Shown here: in pieces, positions 44,094-54,234 of the stretch
How positions within the stretch are numbered: position 1 is the first letter of the stretch
Layout of the letters: each line of letters begins with the position of its first letter
The notes under the pieces: generated by a model
The model's input: only the letters and a program-made list of their open reading frames with translations
Databases searched by the model: none
What the model was told of the DNA's origin: nothing
Assembly: GCA_965204235.1 (NCBI GenBank)
Contig: OZ241979.1
Span: 2,744,907-2,808,906 of the forward strand
DNA length: 64,000 bases
Direction: 5' to 3'
DNA from: an uncultured Candidatus Binatia bacterium
GTDB lineage: Bacteria > Desulfobacterota > Binatia > UBA9968 > JAJDTQ01
Position numbers and translations under genes: made by a program

Positions 44094-44714
44094 CTACGGC
44101 GCCAAGTCGAGGACGCGGCGGACCCGGGCGGACACGTCGGCGCCGCGGGTCAGGTAACCGATCATGGCTGCGGCGTCGGCGCCGCGGCTCCACGTCTGCG
44201 GGGCGTTGTCCGCGGTGAGGCCGCCGATGGCGACGATGGGGATGCGCACTTGGCTCCTTACGGATTCGAGCATGGAGAGGCCGCGGGAGGAATAGCCCGT
44301 CTGCTTGGTGCGGGTGTCGAACACGGGGCCGAACCCGATGTAGTCGGCGCCGCCCTGCTCCGCCTGCTCCGCCTGGGAGAGGCTGTGGGTGGAGACGCCG
44401 ATGAGCTTGTCGCCCATCAGGGGCCGGGCCGCTTCCAGGGGCAGGTCCTCCTGCCCCAGATGCACTCCGTCGGCGTCCGCGGCCAGGGCGATGTCCAGCC
44501 GGTCGTTGACGATGAAGAGGCAACCGGCCCGGGCGGTCCGTTCCCGCACCGCCAGGGCCGTGCGCAGGAACTCGCCGGCCGGTCGATCCTTTACCCGCAA
44601 CTGGAGCACCGAGACGCCGCCCGCGAGCATGGCTTCCACCACCCGGTCCAGCGGGCGGCCCCCGGTCTGGTCCGCGTCCGCGATGGCGTAGAGCCGCGAC
44701 GGCAGGCGGTTCAT
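44094..44714 (-). CDS. thiE: Thiamine-phosphate synthase
   Basis: LYAIAD, LQLRVKD, VNDRLDIALA..ADGVHLGQ.D and GFGPVF.T.TK motifs. Confidence 0.92.
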   Translation of the reverse strand: MNRLPSRLYAIADADQTGGRPLDRVVEAMLAGGVSVLQLRVKDRPAGEFLRTALAVRERTARAGCLFIVNDRLDIALAADADGVHLGQEDLPLEAARPLMGDKLIGVSTHSLSQAEQAEQGGADYIGFGPVFDTRTKQTGYSSRGLSMLESVRSQVRIPIVAIGGLTADNAPQTWSRGADAAAMIGYLTRGADVSARVRRVLDLAP

Positions 44715-46153
44715 GGTTCCCGCCTTACCGTGATGCCCAGGTCCGTGATCTTCTTTCGCAGCGTGTTGCGGTTGATGCCGAGCAGTTGCGCCGCGCGGAC
44801 CTGGTTGCCCCGGGTGGCCTGGAGGGTCAGCTCGATGAGGGGCCGCTCCGCCCGTTCCATGACCACGGAGTAGAGGTTCTCCACCGGCGCCCCGCGGGCG
44901 CGCCGGAAGTAGTCTTCGAGCTTGCTCCGGATGATCTCTTCCAGCGACAGGCTGTCCAGGTTGTTCGACGGGGGTTCTTCCAGGCTCGACAGCGTGAAGT
45001 CCCTTGCCGACAGGATGGGTCCCGGGGAGAGCACGGCCGCGCGGATGAGCGCGTTCTCCAGTTCCCGCACGTTCCCGGGCCAGTCGTACTGCTGGAGTTC
45101 CTTCAAGGCGTCCGGCGACACCCCCGATATCTGCGTCCCCATGTCGCCGTTGACCTTGGCGACGAAGAAGTCGATCAGAGCCGGCATGTCGGTGCGCCGC
45201 TCCCTCAGGGGCGGGATGGTGAGCGGTATGACCTTGAGGCGGAAGTAGAGGTCGTTGCGGAAACGGTTCTCGTGGACCGCCTTCTCCAGGTCCTGGTTGG
45301 TGGCCGCCAGGAGCCGGGCGTCCGACCGGAGCGTCTCGTTCCCGCCGACCCGCCGGTAGGAACCGTCCTGGAGCACGCGCAGCAGCTTCGTTTGCAGCTC
45401 CGGCGGAAGCTCCGCGACCTCGTCGAGGAACAACGTTCCTTCATGGGCCAGCTCGAAGGCGCCGATGCGCCGTTCGAGGGCGCCGGTGAACGCGCCCTTT
45501 TCGTGTCCGAACAGTTCGGACTCGATCAGGTCCCTGGGAATCGCCGCGCAGTTCAACGGCACGAGGGGTTTGTTCCAGCGGGCGGAGTTGTAGTGGATCG
45601 TCTTGGCCACCAGCTCCTTGCCGGTGCCGCTCTCCCCCTGGATCAGGATGGTGGTGTCGGTCCCGGCGACCTGCCCGATGGTCTTGAACACCTGCTGCAT
45701 GGCCGCGCTGGCGCCGATCATGTTCACGCCCGGCTCGTACTTCTTCTTGACCTCCTCCTTCAGGTCGCTGAGTTCGCGGCTCAGGCGGCGCCGGTCCAGG
45801 GCCCGTTCCACCACCACCTGCAGCACGTCCAGGTCGAAGGGCTTGGTGAGGTAGTCGAAAGCGCCCGCCTTCATGGCGTCGATGGCGTTGCGCATGGTGT
45901 TCTGCGCGGTCATGACGATGAAGGGGGCCTGGAGGCCGGAGTCCCTCGCAAGGTCGAGGAGCGCCAGACCCTCCATGTCGGGTAGCTGGATGTCCAGCAT
46001 GACCGCGTCGAAGGCGGATTCCTCCAGGAGTCGGCGCGCCTCCCCTCCGGTTGCGCTGGCGGTGACCCAGTACCCCTGCCGCTCCAGCGCCTTCCGGAGC
46101 ACGCGGCTCAGGGATTCGTCGTCCTCCACCAGCAAGATACGGCCCTGCTCCAT
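44711..46153 (-). CDS. Sigma54-dependent response regulator (NtrC family: REC, AAA+, Fis HTH)
   Basis: ILLVEDDE...[17 protein letters not shown], the GAFTGA loop (here GAFTGALE) and a C-terminal HTH ([19 protein letters not shown]). Confidence 0.92.
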   Translation of the reverse strand: MEQGRILLVEDDESLSRVLRKALERQGYWVTASATGGEARRLLEESAFDAVMLDIQLPDMEGLALLDLARDSGLQAPFIVMTAQNTMRNAIDAMKAGAFDYLTKPFDLDVLQVVVERALDRRRLSRELSDLKEEVKKKYEPGVNMIGASAAMQQVFKTIGQVAGTDTTILIQGESGTGKELVAKTIHYNSARWNKPLVPLNCAAIPRDLIESELFGHEKGAFTGALERRIGAFELAHEGTLFLDEVAELPPELQTKLLRVLQDGSYRRVGGNETLRSDARLLAATNQDLEKAVHENRFRNDLYFRLKVIPLTIPPLRERRTDMPALIDFFVAKVNGDMGTQISGVSPDALKELQQYDWPGNVRELENALIRAAVLSPGPILSARDFTLSSLEEPPSNNLDSLSLEEIIRSKLEDYFRRARGAPVENLYSVVMERAERPLIELTLQATRGNQVRAAQLLGINRNTLRKKITDLGITVRREP

Positions 46154-46164
46154 GGCGGCTCGGT

Positions 46165-47280
46165 CTATGGGACGGGCAGCGAGACCCGGAACACCGACCC
46201 TTCGCCCAACCGGCTCTCCACTCCCAGCCGGCCTCCGTGCTCCTCGACGGTGCGGTCGCAGACGGCGAGCCCGAGCCCGGTCCCGCGCCGCTTCCTGGTG
46301 AAGAACGGCGAGAAGACGTGGGGCAGGTCGGCTTCGTCGATACCCGCGCCATCGTCACGGATCTCCACCCGCACGAACCGGGTGTGGCGGGAAGGATCGG
46401 TGCGCAGCGAGAAGTCGGTCTCCATGCAGGTGGTGACGGTCATGCACGCCGGCGCCGCCTGCAGCGCGTTCTCGACCAGGTTGAGGAAGACCTGGATCAG
46501 CCGGCCCCGGTCCCCGAGGATCAACGGCAGGCTGGGGTCGAAGGAGCGCCGGATGCGCACCGCCGCGGCGCCCGTGGTGTGCGCCTCCAGCCTCAGGACG
46601 TGCTCCAGGACCTCGTGGACGTTCAGCGGCTCCGGGTGGAGATCCACCGGACGCGCGAGGTCGAGGAGCTGGTCCAGCAATTGATCGACCCGGTCCACCT
46701 CGCGGATCATGATGTCGGTGTTCTCCACCAGCGACGGGTCGTGGGCGGCCTCCGAGCGGATCAACTGGGCCGCTCCCTTGATCCCGCCCAGCGGGTTCTT
46801 GATCTCGTGGGCGAGGGCCGCGGCCAGCTTGCCCAGGAGGGCCAGGCGGTCGGACCGCCTCAGGTCTTCCTCCATGGCCTGTCTCAGGGTCCGGTCCCGT
46901 AACAGCAGGACGCTTCCCGCCACCGCGCCGTCGTGGTCCCGGAGGGGCGAGACCAGGGCGCTGACGGGCGTCCTCTTCCCGCGCGGCCGGAAGAAGTCGT
47001 TCTCGGCGCGGCTCGTGCTCTCGGCCGGTCCGAGGCTCTTCTCGATCATGTCGAGCAGCCACCCGTTGGCGCGAAAGAGGTCGTCGGAGGCCCGCCGCAG
47101 CATGGTTCGCGCGGACAGCCCGGCAAGGGTCTCGGCGGCCTGGTTCGCGAACGACACGGCGCGCGAGCGGTCCACCACCAGGACGGCGTCCTCCAGGCTG
47201 GTGAGCACGTCCTGCCAGGAGACCGCCGCGGGGACGTCGCGGGAATGTTGCGGGATGGGCATGGACTGTGGCGCGGCCAT
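46165..47280 (-). CDS. PAS-domain sensor histidine kinase (NtrB-like)
   Basis: PAS region, H-box LAHEIKNPLGGI, N-box NLVENALQA, G-boxes DDGAGI and GTGLGL. Start chosen at ATG 47280. Confidence 0.88.
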   Translation of the reverse strand: MAAPQSMPIPQHSRDVPAAVSWQDVLTSLEDAVLVVDRSRAVSFANQAAETLAGLSARTMLRRASDDLFRANGWLLDMIEKSLGPAESTSRAENDFFRPRGKRTPVSALVSPLRDHDGAVAGSVLLLRDRTLRQAMEEDLRRSDRLALLGKLAAALAHEIKNPLGGIKGAAQLIRSEAAHDPSLVENTDIMIREVDRVDQLLDQLLDLARPVDLHPEPLNVHEVLEHVLRLEAHTTGAAAVRIRRSFDPSLPLILGDRGRLIQVFLNLVENALQAAPACMTVTTCMETDFSLRTDPSRHTRFVRVEIRDDGAGIDEADLPHVFSPFFTRKRRGTGLGLAVCDRTVEEHGGRLGVESRLGEGSVFRVSLPVP

Positions 47281-47428
47281 GGGGTCGTTTCCGACGGCGG
47301 ATGATAGCGAGTTCCCCTCTGCGGGGCAACCGACGGCAGCTTGCATTCGGCCGTGCCAGTGTGTAAAACGACAGTCATTAGTGGGCAGCTTGCCCGCTTT
47401 TTTATTTGAGGCGTTGTTCGAGGCGCCG

Positions 47429-47959
47429 ATGCCGACCAAGGAGACACTGGACCGCCTCTGGGAGATGGTGGAGCCGTTGGCCGCGGGCCAGGGCCTGGAG
47501 GTGGTGGACATCGAGCTCCGGCACGAAGGAAGTTCGGGCCGCGTCCTGCGCGTGTATCTGGACAGGGTCGGGGAGCCGGACGAGGCTCCGGGGGTGGATG
47601 ACCTCGGCCGGGTCAGCCGGGAACTCGGCGACCTCCTGGACGTTTACGACGTGGTCGCGGGTTCCTACACGCTGGAGGTCTCCTCCCCGGGCGTCAACCG
47701 CCCCCTCAGGAAGCCGGAGCATTTCGCCCGGTTCGTCGGACGGAGGGTCCGGGTTCATGCCGGCGAGTTGATCGGCGGCCGGAGGAATTTCCGGGGACCG
47801 CTTCACCACGTCGGGGGAGAGGGCGTCACGGTGTTGCAGGATGGGCGCGAAGTCTTCATCCCGTTCGGCCTGATCGTCAAGGCCAACGTCGAGTACGAGT
47901 GGGCGTCGCAGGACGCGGGGCCGGGTCTCGTCAGGGGGAAGAGATGCAGCAGGATCTGA
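47429..47959 (+). CDS. rimP: Ribosome maturation factor RimP
   Basis: LEVSSPGVNRPL motif and its position upstream of nusA. Confidence 0.9.
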   Translation: MPTKETLDRLWEMVEPLAAGQGLEVVDIELRHEGSSGRVLRVYLDRVGEPDEAPGVDDLGRVSRELGDLLDVYDVVAGSYTLEVSSPGVNRPLRKPEHFARFVGRRVRVHAGELIGGRRNFRGPLHHVGGEGVTVLQDGREVFIPFGLIVKANVEYEWASQDAGPGLVRGKRCSRI

Positions 47960-49422
47960 ACCGGACCATCGAGCAGGTCACCAAGGAAAAGGGCATCGAC
48001 CGGGAGGTCATCGTGGAGGCCCTCGAGTCCGCCATGGTGTCCGCGGCCAAGAAGACCTTCGGGGTGGAGCGGAGCTTCGAGGCGCAGTACAACCCCGACA
48101 TCGGCGAGATCGAGCTGTTCGAGGCCAAGCTCGTGGTGGAGGACGTGGAGGAGCCCGATACCCAGATCATGCTGAGCGAGGCCCGTGAGACGCTGGACCC
48201 GGACGTGGAGTTGGGCGACGAGCTGCTCACGAAGATCGACTCCGCGGTGTTCGGCCGCATCGCGGCCCAGGCGGCCAAGCAGAACATCGTCCAGCGGGTG
48301 CGGGACGTGGAGCGCGAGATCGTCTTCAACCAGTTCAAGGATCGCCAGGGAGAACTGGTCCACGGCATCGTCCAACGCTTCGAGAAGAACAACCTCATCG
48401 TCAACCTGGGACGGACCAACGCCATCCTGCCCGAGAAGGAACAGGTCCCGCGGGAACGGTACCGGCAGGGCGACCGCATCCGGGCCTATATCGTCAGCGT
48501 CGAGATGACCACCCGAGGCCCCCAGATCGTCCTCTCGCGCACCCACCCGGGCATGCTCATCAAGCTGTTCGAGCAGGAAGTCCCCGAGATCTACGAAGGG
48601 ATCGTCGAGGTCAAGGGGGCGGCGCGCGAGCCGGGGGGCCGGGCGAAGATCGCGGTGACCTCCAACGACTCGGACGTGGATCCGGTGGGCGCGTGCGTGG
48701 GCATGAAGGGGACGCGGGTCCAGTCGGTGGTGCAGGAGTTGCGCGGGGAGAAGATCGACATCGTCCACTGGACGCCCGAGCAGGCGGAGTACGTGTGCCG
48801 GGCACTGGCTCCCGCCAAGGTCAACAAGATCCTGCTGGACGACGACGCCCACAGCATGGAGGTCATCGTGCCGGACGAGCAGCTCTCGCTGGCCATCGGA
48901 CGCAAGGGGCAGAACGTTCGACTGGCCTCCCGTCTCACCGGCTGGGGCATCGACGCGCGCAGCGAGTCGGAGGCCGAGGAGGAGAGCCGGGCGGCCCGGC
49001 AGTCGCTGTCCGCGGTCCCCGGCGTGAGCGAAGTCATGGCGGAGCTGCTCTACCAGTCGGGCTTCAAATCGGCCGAAGACCTGACCGAGGCCGAGCCGTC
49101 CACCGTCAACGAGGTCACCGGCGTCGAGTTGGAGAAGGCCGCGGCCATACTGGAGGCGGCCGCCAGGCACGTGGAGGAAGAGCGTGAGCGGGCGGCGCGG
49201 GAGGAGGAACAGGCGGCGGCCGAGGCGGAGCGGGCCGCGGCCGAAGCAGCGGCGGCGGCGGATGAGCCGGAGCAGACAGCGGCGGATGAGCCAGTGCAGG
49301 CGGCGGCCGAGCTGGAGCAGGCGGCAGCGGCCGAGCCGGAACGGGCGGCGGAGGGCGCCGGGGAGCCGGCTTCGGCCGATGGCGAGGACGCCGCGGGACC
49401 GAGCCCGCAGCAAGGCGCATGA
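47944..49422 (+). CDS. nusA: Transcription termination/antitermination factor NusA (acidic Ala/Glu-rich C-terminal tail)
   Basis: NusA N-terminal, S1 and two KH domains (GACVGMKGTRVQ, LAIGRKGQNVRLA). Confidence 0.96.
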   Translation: MQQDLNRTIEQVTKEKGIDREVIVEALESAMVSAAKKTFGVERSFEAQYNPDIGEIELFEAKLVVEDVEEPDTQIMLSEARETLDPDVELGDELLTKIDSAVFGRIAAQAAKQNIVQRVRDVEREIVFNQFKDRQGELVHGIVQRFEKNNLIVNLGRTNAILPEKEQVPRERYRQGDRIRAYIVSVEMTTRGPQIVLSRTHPGMLIKLFEQEVPEIYEGIVEVKGAAREPGGRAKIAVTSNDSDVDPVGACVGMKGTRVQSVVQELRGEKIDIVHWTPEQAEYVCRALAPAKVNKILLDDDAHSMEVIVPDEQLSLAIGRKGQNVRLASRLTGWGIDARSESEAEEESRAARQSLSAVPGVSEVMAELLYQSGFKSAEDLTEAEPSTVNEVTGVELEKAAAILEAAARHVEEERERAAREEEQAAAEAERAAAEAAAAADEPEQTAADEPVQAAAELEQAAAAEPERAAEGAGEPASADGEDAAGPSPQQGA

Positions 49423-49694
49423 AGCATGGGGTGAGCGCCCGTTCGCCCGTACGAACCTGTCTGGGTTGCGGCCGTCGTGACGAGAAGACCGCCCTGCTCC
49501 GGGTTGCGGTCACGGAGGACGGCCTTGCGCCCGAAGCGTCCAGGGGACGAGGAGGATACCTGCATCACAGCGAGGACTGTTGGCGAGCCTTCCTGAAGCG
49601 GAAGAGTCTCTACCGGGCGTTTCGCTGCGCGCTGTCCCGCGGGGACAGGGAGGCGCTGGTGGGAAGGCTTCGCGCTCAATGGGGTGGGAAATGA
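49419..49694 (+). CDS. ylxR: YlxR/RnpM (DUF448) RNA-binding protein
   Basis: [13 protein letters not shown] and GRG.YLH motifs. Overlaps the nusA stop (ATGA). Confidence 0.88.
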   Translation: MKHGVSARSPVRTCLGCGRRDEKTALLRVAVTEDGLAPEASRGRGGYLHHSEDCWRAFLKRKSLYRAFRCALSRGDREALVGRLRAQWGGK

Positions 49695-52498
49695 GCAAAG
49701 TGAGAGTGCATCAACTGGCCAAGGACCTCAAGATCGAGCCCAGCGATCTCATCGCCCAACTCGAGAAGATCCGGGTGCGCGGCAAGAAACCGCAGAGCTC
49801 CCTCGACGAGTCGGAAGTCGAGGCCGTCAAGGCGGCCGTCGCCGCGATGGAGAAGCCGAAGGTTTCGGTGGGCGAAGAGAAGGTCGTGGTGGACCGCACC
49901 ATCACCGCGGAGGACCAGGACATGGGCGAGGTCCAGGCCCATGAGAAGATCGTCGAACGCCGGGTTCGGGCCAACGTCATCCGGCGCCGCACGAGCCGGG
50001 TCGAGTTGGTCACTCGCAAACCCATCCAGCCGGTCGTGCCTCCGCCCCAGGAGGAAGCGGAAGAGCCCGCGGTCGAGGCCGCGGCGGTCGAGACGCCTGC
50101 GAGCCCCGAGGCAGGGTCCCGGGAAACCGCGCCTTCGGCGGTTCCGGCGGCGGCCCAGGCCACCGAGGCCGAGCAGGTCGAGGCGCCGGAGCGGCCCCCG
50201 GATGCGGCGCAGCCGACCCCGGCGGCGCCGCCCGAGGCTGCTCGGCCCGAAGCCGCGGGCGCTCGGGAAGAAGCGCAGACCGCGCAACCCCCGGAGGCGC
50301 CGGCGCCCGTGGGCGAAGGCGCCGAGGGCAGGGCCGCGGCGGGCGACGCCAACGGCGCCGCGGCGCCGGCGCAGCCCGGGTCGGCGACGGGTCCCCGGAT
50401 CCTCGGTCGCATCGACCTGAACAGGAGGCCTGCGCCCGCGCCCGCGAAACCTGCCGCGGCCCCCGGAGAGCGGGCCGCCCGCGGTCCCGGCGCACAGCCG
50501 CCCGCGGAACCGGAAGGACCGGAGAAGACCGGCAAGGGCGGCAAGGCCAGGAAACGGGTCATCCGGAAACAGGAGGTCATCGAGCTCAAGGAACGCGAGT
50601 TCCGTTCGCCCCGGGGCCGCATGCTCCGGAAGAAGCGCGCCTTGCCGGGGAAGGAGCAGAAGAAGACCGAGATCACGGTGCCGAAGGCCAGCAAGCGGGT
50701 GGTCCGCGTGGCGGAAGTGGTCACCGTGGGCGACATGGCCAGGGCCATGGGCGTCAAGGCGGGCGAGGTCATCAAGAAGCTCATGGGTCTCGGCATGATG
50801 ACCACCATCAACCAGGTGCTCGATTTCGATACGGCGACGCTGGTGGCCAACGAGTTCGATTACCAGGTGGAGAACGTCGCGTTCGACGTGGAGACGGCGC
50901 TCCAGGACCAGCACGAGGTCGCGGACCCGGCGGAGGCGTTGGAGCCGAGACCGCCGGTGGTCACCATCATGGGACACGTGGACCACGGCAAGACGTCGTT
51001 GCTCGACGCCATCCGCAGCACCAACGTGACCGGCGGCGAGGCAGGGGGCATTACCCAGCACATCGGCGCCTACCACGTGCCGTTGGGCGACAGGGGGGTG
51101 ACCTTCCTCGATACTCCCGGACACGAGGCGTTCACCGCCATGCGCGCAAGGGGGGCCAAGGCCACCGACATCGTGGTGCTGGTGGTGGCGGCTGACGACG
51201 GCGTCATGCCGCAGACCATCGAGGCGGTGGACCACGCCCGGGCGGCCGAAGTGCCGATCATCGTGGCGGTGAACAAGATCGACCGCCCGGACGCGGACCC
51301 GGAGCGGGTCCAGCGCGGCTTGGCCGACCACGGTCTGGCGCCCGAGGCGTGGGGCGGCGACACGATCTTCGTTCCGGTCTCGGCCGTGACCCGCGAAGGG
51401 TTGCCCGGCCTGCTGGAGATGCTGCTGCTGCAGGCGGACCTGCTGGACCTCAAGGCCAACCCCGACAAGCTGGCCCGGGGCTTGGTGGTGGAAGCCAAGC
51501 TGGAGCGGGGCCGCGGCCCGGTTTCCACCGTGCTGGTCCAGGAAGGAAGGCTGAAGGTGGGCGATCCCATCTTCGCCGGCCCCCATCACGGGCGCGTACG
51601 GGCCATGATCGACGACCAGGGCCGCAAGGTCGAGGCCGCGACCCCCTCCATTCCGGTGGAGATCCTGGGGCTTCAGGGAGTGCCGCAGGCCGGTGAGGCG
51701 TTCTCGGCGCTCACGGACGAGGCCAAGGCGAGGCAGATCGCCGAGTACCGCGGGACGCAGCAACGCGAGGCCGAGTTGGCGAAGACCAGCAAGGTGTCCC
51801 TGGAGGAGTTCTACGACCAGGTCCGGGCAAGCGACGTCAAGGAGCTGCGCGTGGTGGTGAAGGGCGACGTCCACGGCTCGGTGGAGGCCCTCAACGAAGC
51901 GGTGGCGCGGCTGTCCACGGATGAAGTCAAGCTCCGGGTCATCCACGGCTCGGTGGGCGGCGTCAGCGAGAGCGACGTCCTGCTGGCCAGCGCGTCCAAC
52001 GCCATCGTCATCGGCTTCAACGTGCGTCCCGAGCCCAAGGCCACGAGCCTCGCGTCGCAGCAGGGCGTGGACGTGCGGCTCTACACCATCATCTACGACG
52101 TCATCGACGATATCCGCTCGGCCATGGAAGGGCTGCTGGAGCCGGTCTTCCGCGAGGAGTTCCACGCCCGGATACAGGTGCGGGAAGTCTTCCACATCCG
52201 CGGGGTGGGCGCCATCGCCGGCTGTGCGGTCACCGACGGCAAGATCCAGCGTTCCAGCATGATACGCCTCGTGCGGGACCAGGTGGTGGTGCACGAAGGC
52301 AGGCTGGCCAGCCTGAAGCGGTTCAAGGACGACGTGCGCGAAGTGGGCACGGGTTACGAGTGCGGCATCGCCATCGACGGCTACCAGGACGTGAAGGTGG
52401 GCGACGTCATCGAGGGCTTCGAGAAGGTCCCCGTGGCCCGGGGACAGGCGCGCCCGGACGGCGGAGGCGCGGCGCAGCTCTCGGCCGCGGACCGGTAG
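49691..52498 (+). CDS. infB: Translation initiation factor IF-2
   Basis: [14 protein letters not shown]-terminus, a Pro/Ala/Glu-rich linker and a GTPase domain ([21 protein letters not shown]). Confidence 0.97.
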   Translation: MSKVRVHQLAKDLKIEPSDLIAQLEKIRVRGKKPQSSLDESEVEAVKAAVAAMEKPKVSVGEEKVVVDRTITAEDQDMGEVQAHEKIVERRVRANVIRRRTSRVELVTRKPIQPVVPPPQEEAEEPAVEAAAVETPASPEAGSRETAPSAVPAAAQATEAEQVEAPERPPDAAQPTPAAPPEAARPEAAGAREEAQTAQPPEAPAPVGEGAEGRAAAGDANGAAAPAQPGSATGPRILGRIDLNRRPAPAPAKPAAAPGERAARGPGAQPPAEPEGPEKTGKGGKARKRVIRKQEVIELKEREFRSPRGRMLRKKRALPGKEQKKTEITVPKASKRVVRVAEVVTVGDMARAMGVKAGEVIKKLMGLGMMTTINQVLDFDTATLVANEFDYQVENVAFDVETALQDQHEVADPAEALEPRPPVVTIMGHVDHGKTSLLDAIRSTNVTGGEAGGITQHIGAYHVPLGDRGVTFLDTPGHEAFTAMRARGAKATDIVVLVVAADDGVMPQTIEAVDHARAAEVPIIVAVNKIDRPDADPERVQRGLADHGLAPEAWGGDTIFVPVSAVTREGLPGLLEMLLLQADLLDLKANPDKLARGLVVEAKLERGRGPVSTVLVQEGRLKVGDPIFAGPHHGRVRAMIDDQGRKVEAATPSIPVEILGLQGVPQAGEAFSALTDEAKARQIAEYRGTQQREAELAKTSKVSLEEFYDQVRASDVKELRVVVKGDVHGSVEALNEAVARLSTDEVKLRVIHGSVGGVSESDVLLASASNAIVIGFNVRPEPKATSLASQQGVDVRLYTIIYDVIDDIRSAMEGLLEPVFREEFHARIQVREVFHIRGVGAIAGCAVTDGKIQRSSMIRLVRDQVVVHEGRLASLKRFKDDVREVGTGYECGIAIDGYQDVKVGDVIEGFEKVPVARGQARPDGGGAAQLSAADR

Positions 52499-52591
52499 CA
52501 GGGCGCCTGCTTCGATGCCCCGCTCGTCCGGGCGCACCGCCGGCCCTCCGGGTCCGTGACGGCTTGCGGCGCGGTTCGATTCGAGCAGCGC

Positions 52592-52879
52592 ATGGTGATC
52601 GGCGTTCTCAAGGTGGTCCTGATCCTGCCGGAGAACCATTCCCTGAAGGGGAAGAGGTCGGTGCTGCGCAAGGTCCGGTCCCGGGTCTCCCATCGGTTCA
52701 ACGTCTCGGTAACGGAGTGCGGCGACCAGGACCTCTGGCAGCGGGCGCTGCTGGGTTTCGGGTTGGTGGGCAGCGACGCCAGGGTGGTGGAAGCGACCTT
52801 GCGGCAGGTGGTGGAGTTCGTGGACGGTTTGGGGCTGGCCGAGCTGGGGGAGTCGGACATCGACGTATTCAGGCATTAG
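52592..52879 (+). CDS. DUF503 (YlxP-like) protein
   Basis: VIGVLKVVLILPENHSLKGKRSV pattern and its position between infB and rbfA. Confidence 0.8.
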   Translation: MVIGVLKVVLILPENHSLKGKRSVLRKVRSRVSHRFNVSVTECGDQDLWQRALLGFGLVGSDARVVEATLRQVVEFVDGLGLAELGESDIDVFRH

Positions 52880-52936
52880 GCGGCAGGCGTCGCGGCCCCG
52901 GGACCGCGCGCCGACCCACGCTGCCGGGCGGGAACC

Positions 52937-53302
52937 GTGAAGAACCGTCGAGAGACCGGCGTCTCGCGCGCGCAACGGGTGGGAGACCTGTTGATGGAGT
53001 TCGTCTCCCGGCTGCTCGCCCGTTCCCTGGACGACCCGCGGCTCCGTTCCGTGACGTTGACGGGCGCGGAGGTGAGACCCGACCTCAAGCACGCCCGCAT
53101 CTACTTCACGGTGCGGGACGGAGCGCCCCGGAAGGACGAAGCGGCGGCGGGACTGCGGGCGGCCACGGGCTTCATCCGCGGTCGGATCGCCTCGGACCTG
53201 GAGTTGCGCTTCGTCCCCGCCATCGAGTTCGTCCACGACGAGTCCCCGGATCGGGCCCGGCGCGTCGAGGACCTCCTCAGGCAAGTCCGACCGAAAGCGT
53301 GA
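52937..53302 (+). CDS. rbfA: Ribosome-binding factor A
   Basis: R..RV......E....L......DPRL..VT.T.V....DL..A.IY pattern. Confidence 0.92.
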   Translation: MKNRRETGVSRAQRVGDLLMEFVSRLLARSLDDPRLRSVTLTGAEVRPDLKHARIYFTVRDGAPRKDEAAAGLRAATGFIRGRIASDLELRFVPAIEFVHDESPDRARRVEDLLRQVRPKA

Positions 53303-53313
53303 GACGGGACGCC

Positions 53314-54234
53314 ATGCAACTGGTCCGGAGCGGCATCCTGCTGGTGGACAAGCCGGAGGGTCCGTCCTCCGCCCGGGTGGTGGCCGCGGCGAAGCGGATC
53401 ACCGGCGCGCGGAAGGTCGGCCACCTGGGGACCCTGGACCCGTTCGCTTCCGGCCTGTTGCCGCTGGCGGTCAACGAGGGGACCAAGGTCGCGCAGCACT
53501 TCCTGGACGCGGACAAGGGGTACGCCGGCGTCATCGAGCTGGGGGCGGAAACCGATACCCAGGACCGCACCGGCAAGCTGCTGCGCCGGGGGGAAGCGCC
53601 GGTCCTGGGGCCGCGGGACATGGAGTCCCTGCGCCGGCAGTTCAGCGGCCTCCTGCGCCAGGTGCCGCCCATGTACTCCGCCCTCAAGAAGGAGGGGACC
53701 CGGCTCTACGAATATGCCCGCAAGGGGCAGGAGGTGAGCCGGGAGGCCCGGGACGTCCGGGTCGAGTTGACCCGTCTGGAGCAGGCGGGCGGCGGGCAGT
53801 TGGAGTTCGAGTTGACCTGTTCCAAGGGCACGTACGTGCGCACCCTGGCCGCGGACATGGGCCGGTCCCTGGGGTGCGGCGCCTACCTGAGCCGTCTTCG
53901 CAGGGTGGCCTCCGGCCCCTTCCGGGTCGCCGACGCGGTGACCCTGGACGACCTCGGTGCGCTTCCGAACCCCGACTCGGTCCCGCTGGTGCCGTTGAAC
54001 GACGCCCTGGGCCACCTGCGGTGCGCCGTGCTGGGCCCGGACGCCGCGGACCGCCTCAGACAGGGCCTCCAGGGCGCCCTCGCGGACGTGGACGCGCCCG
54101 CGGCCGGGGAGACGACCCGCAGGGTGGTGGACCGGCAAGGCGATCTGGTGGCGCTGATCGGCTGGGAAGAGGCCGCGGAAGCGTGGCGGACCCTTCGGGT
54201 GTTCCACCGTCCCCGGATGGGATCACATGTCTAA
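53314..54234 (+). CDS. truB: tRNA pseudouridine-55 synthase
   Basis: GILLVDKP.G.SS and VGH.GTLDP.ASGLLP motifs. Confidence 0.95.
   Translation: MQLVRSGILLVDKPEGPSSARVVAAAKRITGARKVGHLGTLDPFASGLLPLAVNEGTKVAQHFLDADKGYAGVIELGAETDTQDRTGKLLRRGEAPVLGPRDMESLRRQFSGLLRQVPPMYSALKKEGTRLYEYARKGQEVSREARDVRVELTRLEQAGGGQLEFELTCSKGTYVRTLAADMGRSLGCGAYLSRLRRVASGPFRVADAVTLDDLGALPNPDSVPLVPLNDALGHLRCAVLGPDAADRLRQGLQGALADVDAPAAGETTRRVVDRQGDLVALIGWEEAAEAWRTLRVFHRPRMGSHV

Noticed and set aside
49676-53284. 1202-aa minus-strand ORF
   Set aside because: It is antisense to infB, DUF503 and rbfA, which have unmistakable motifs. It is a shadow ORF.
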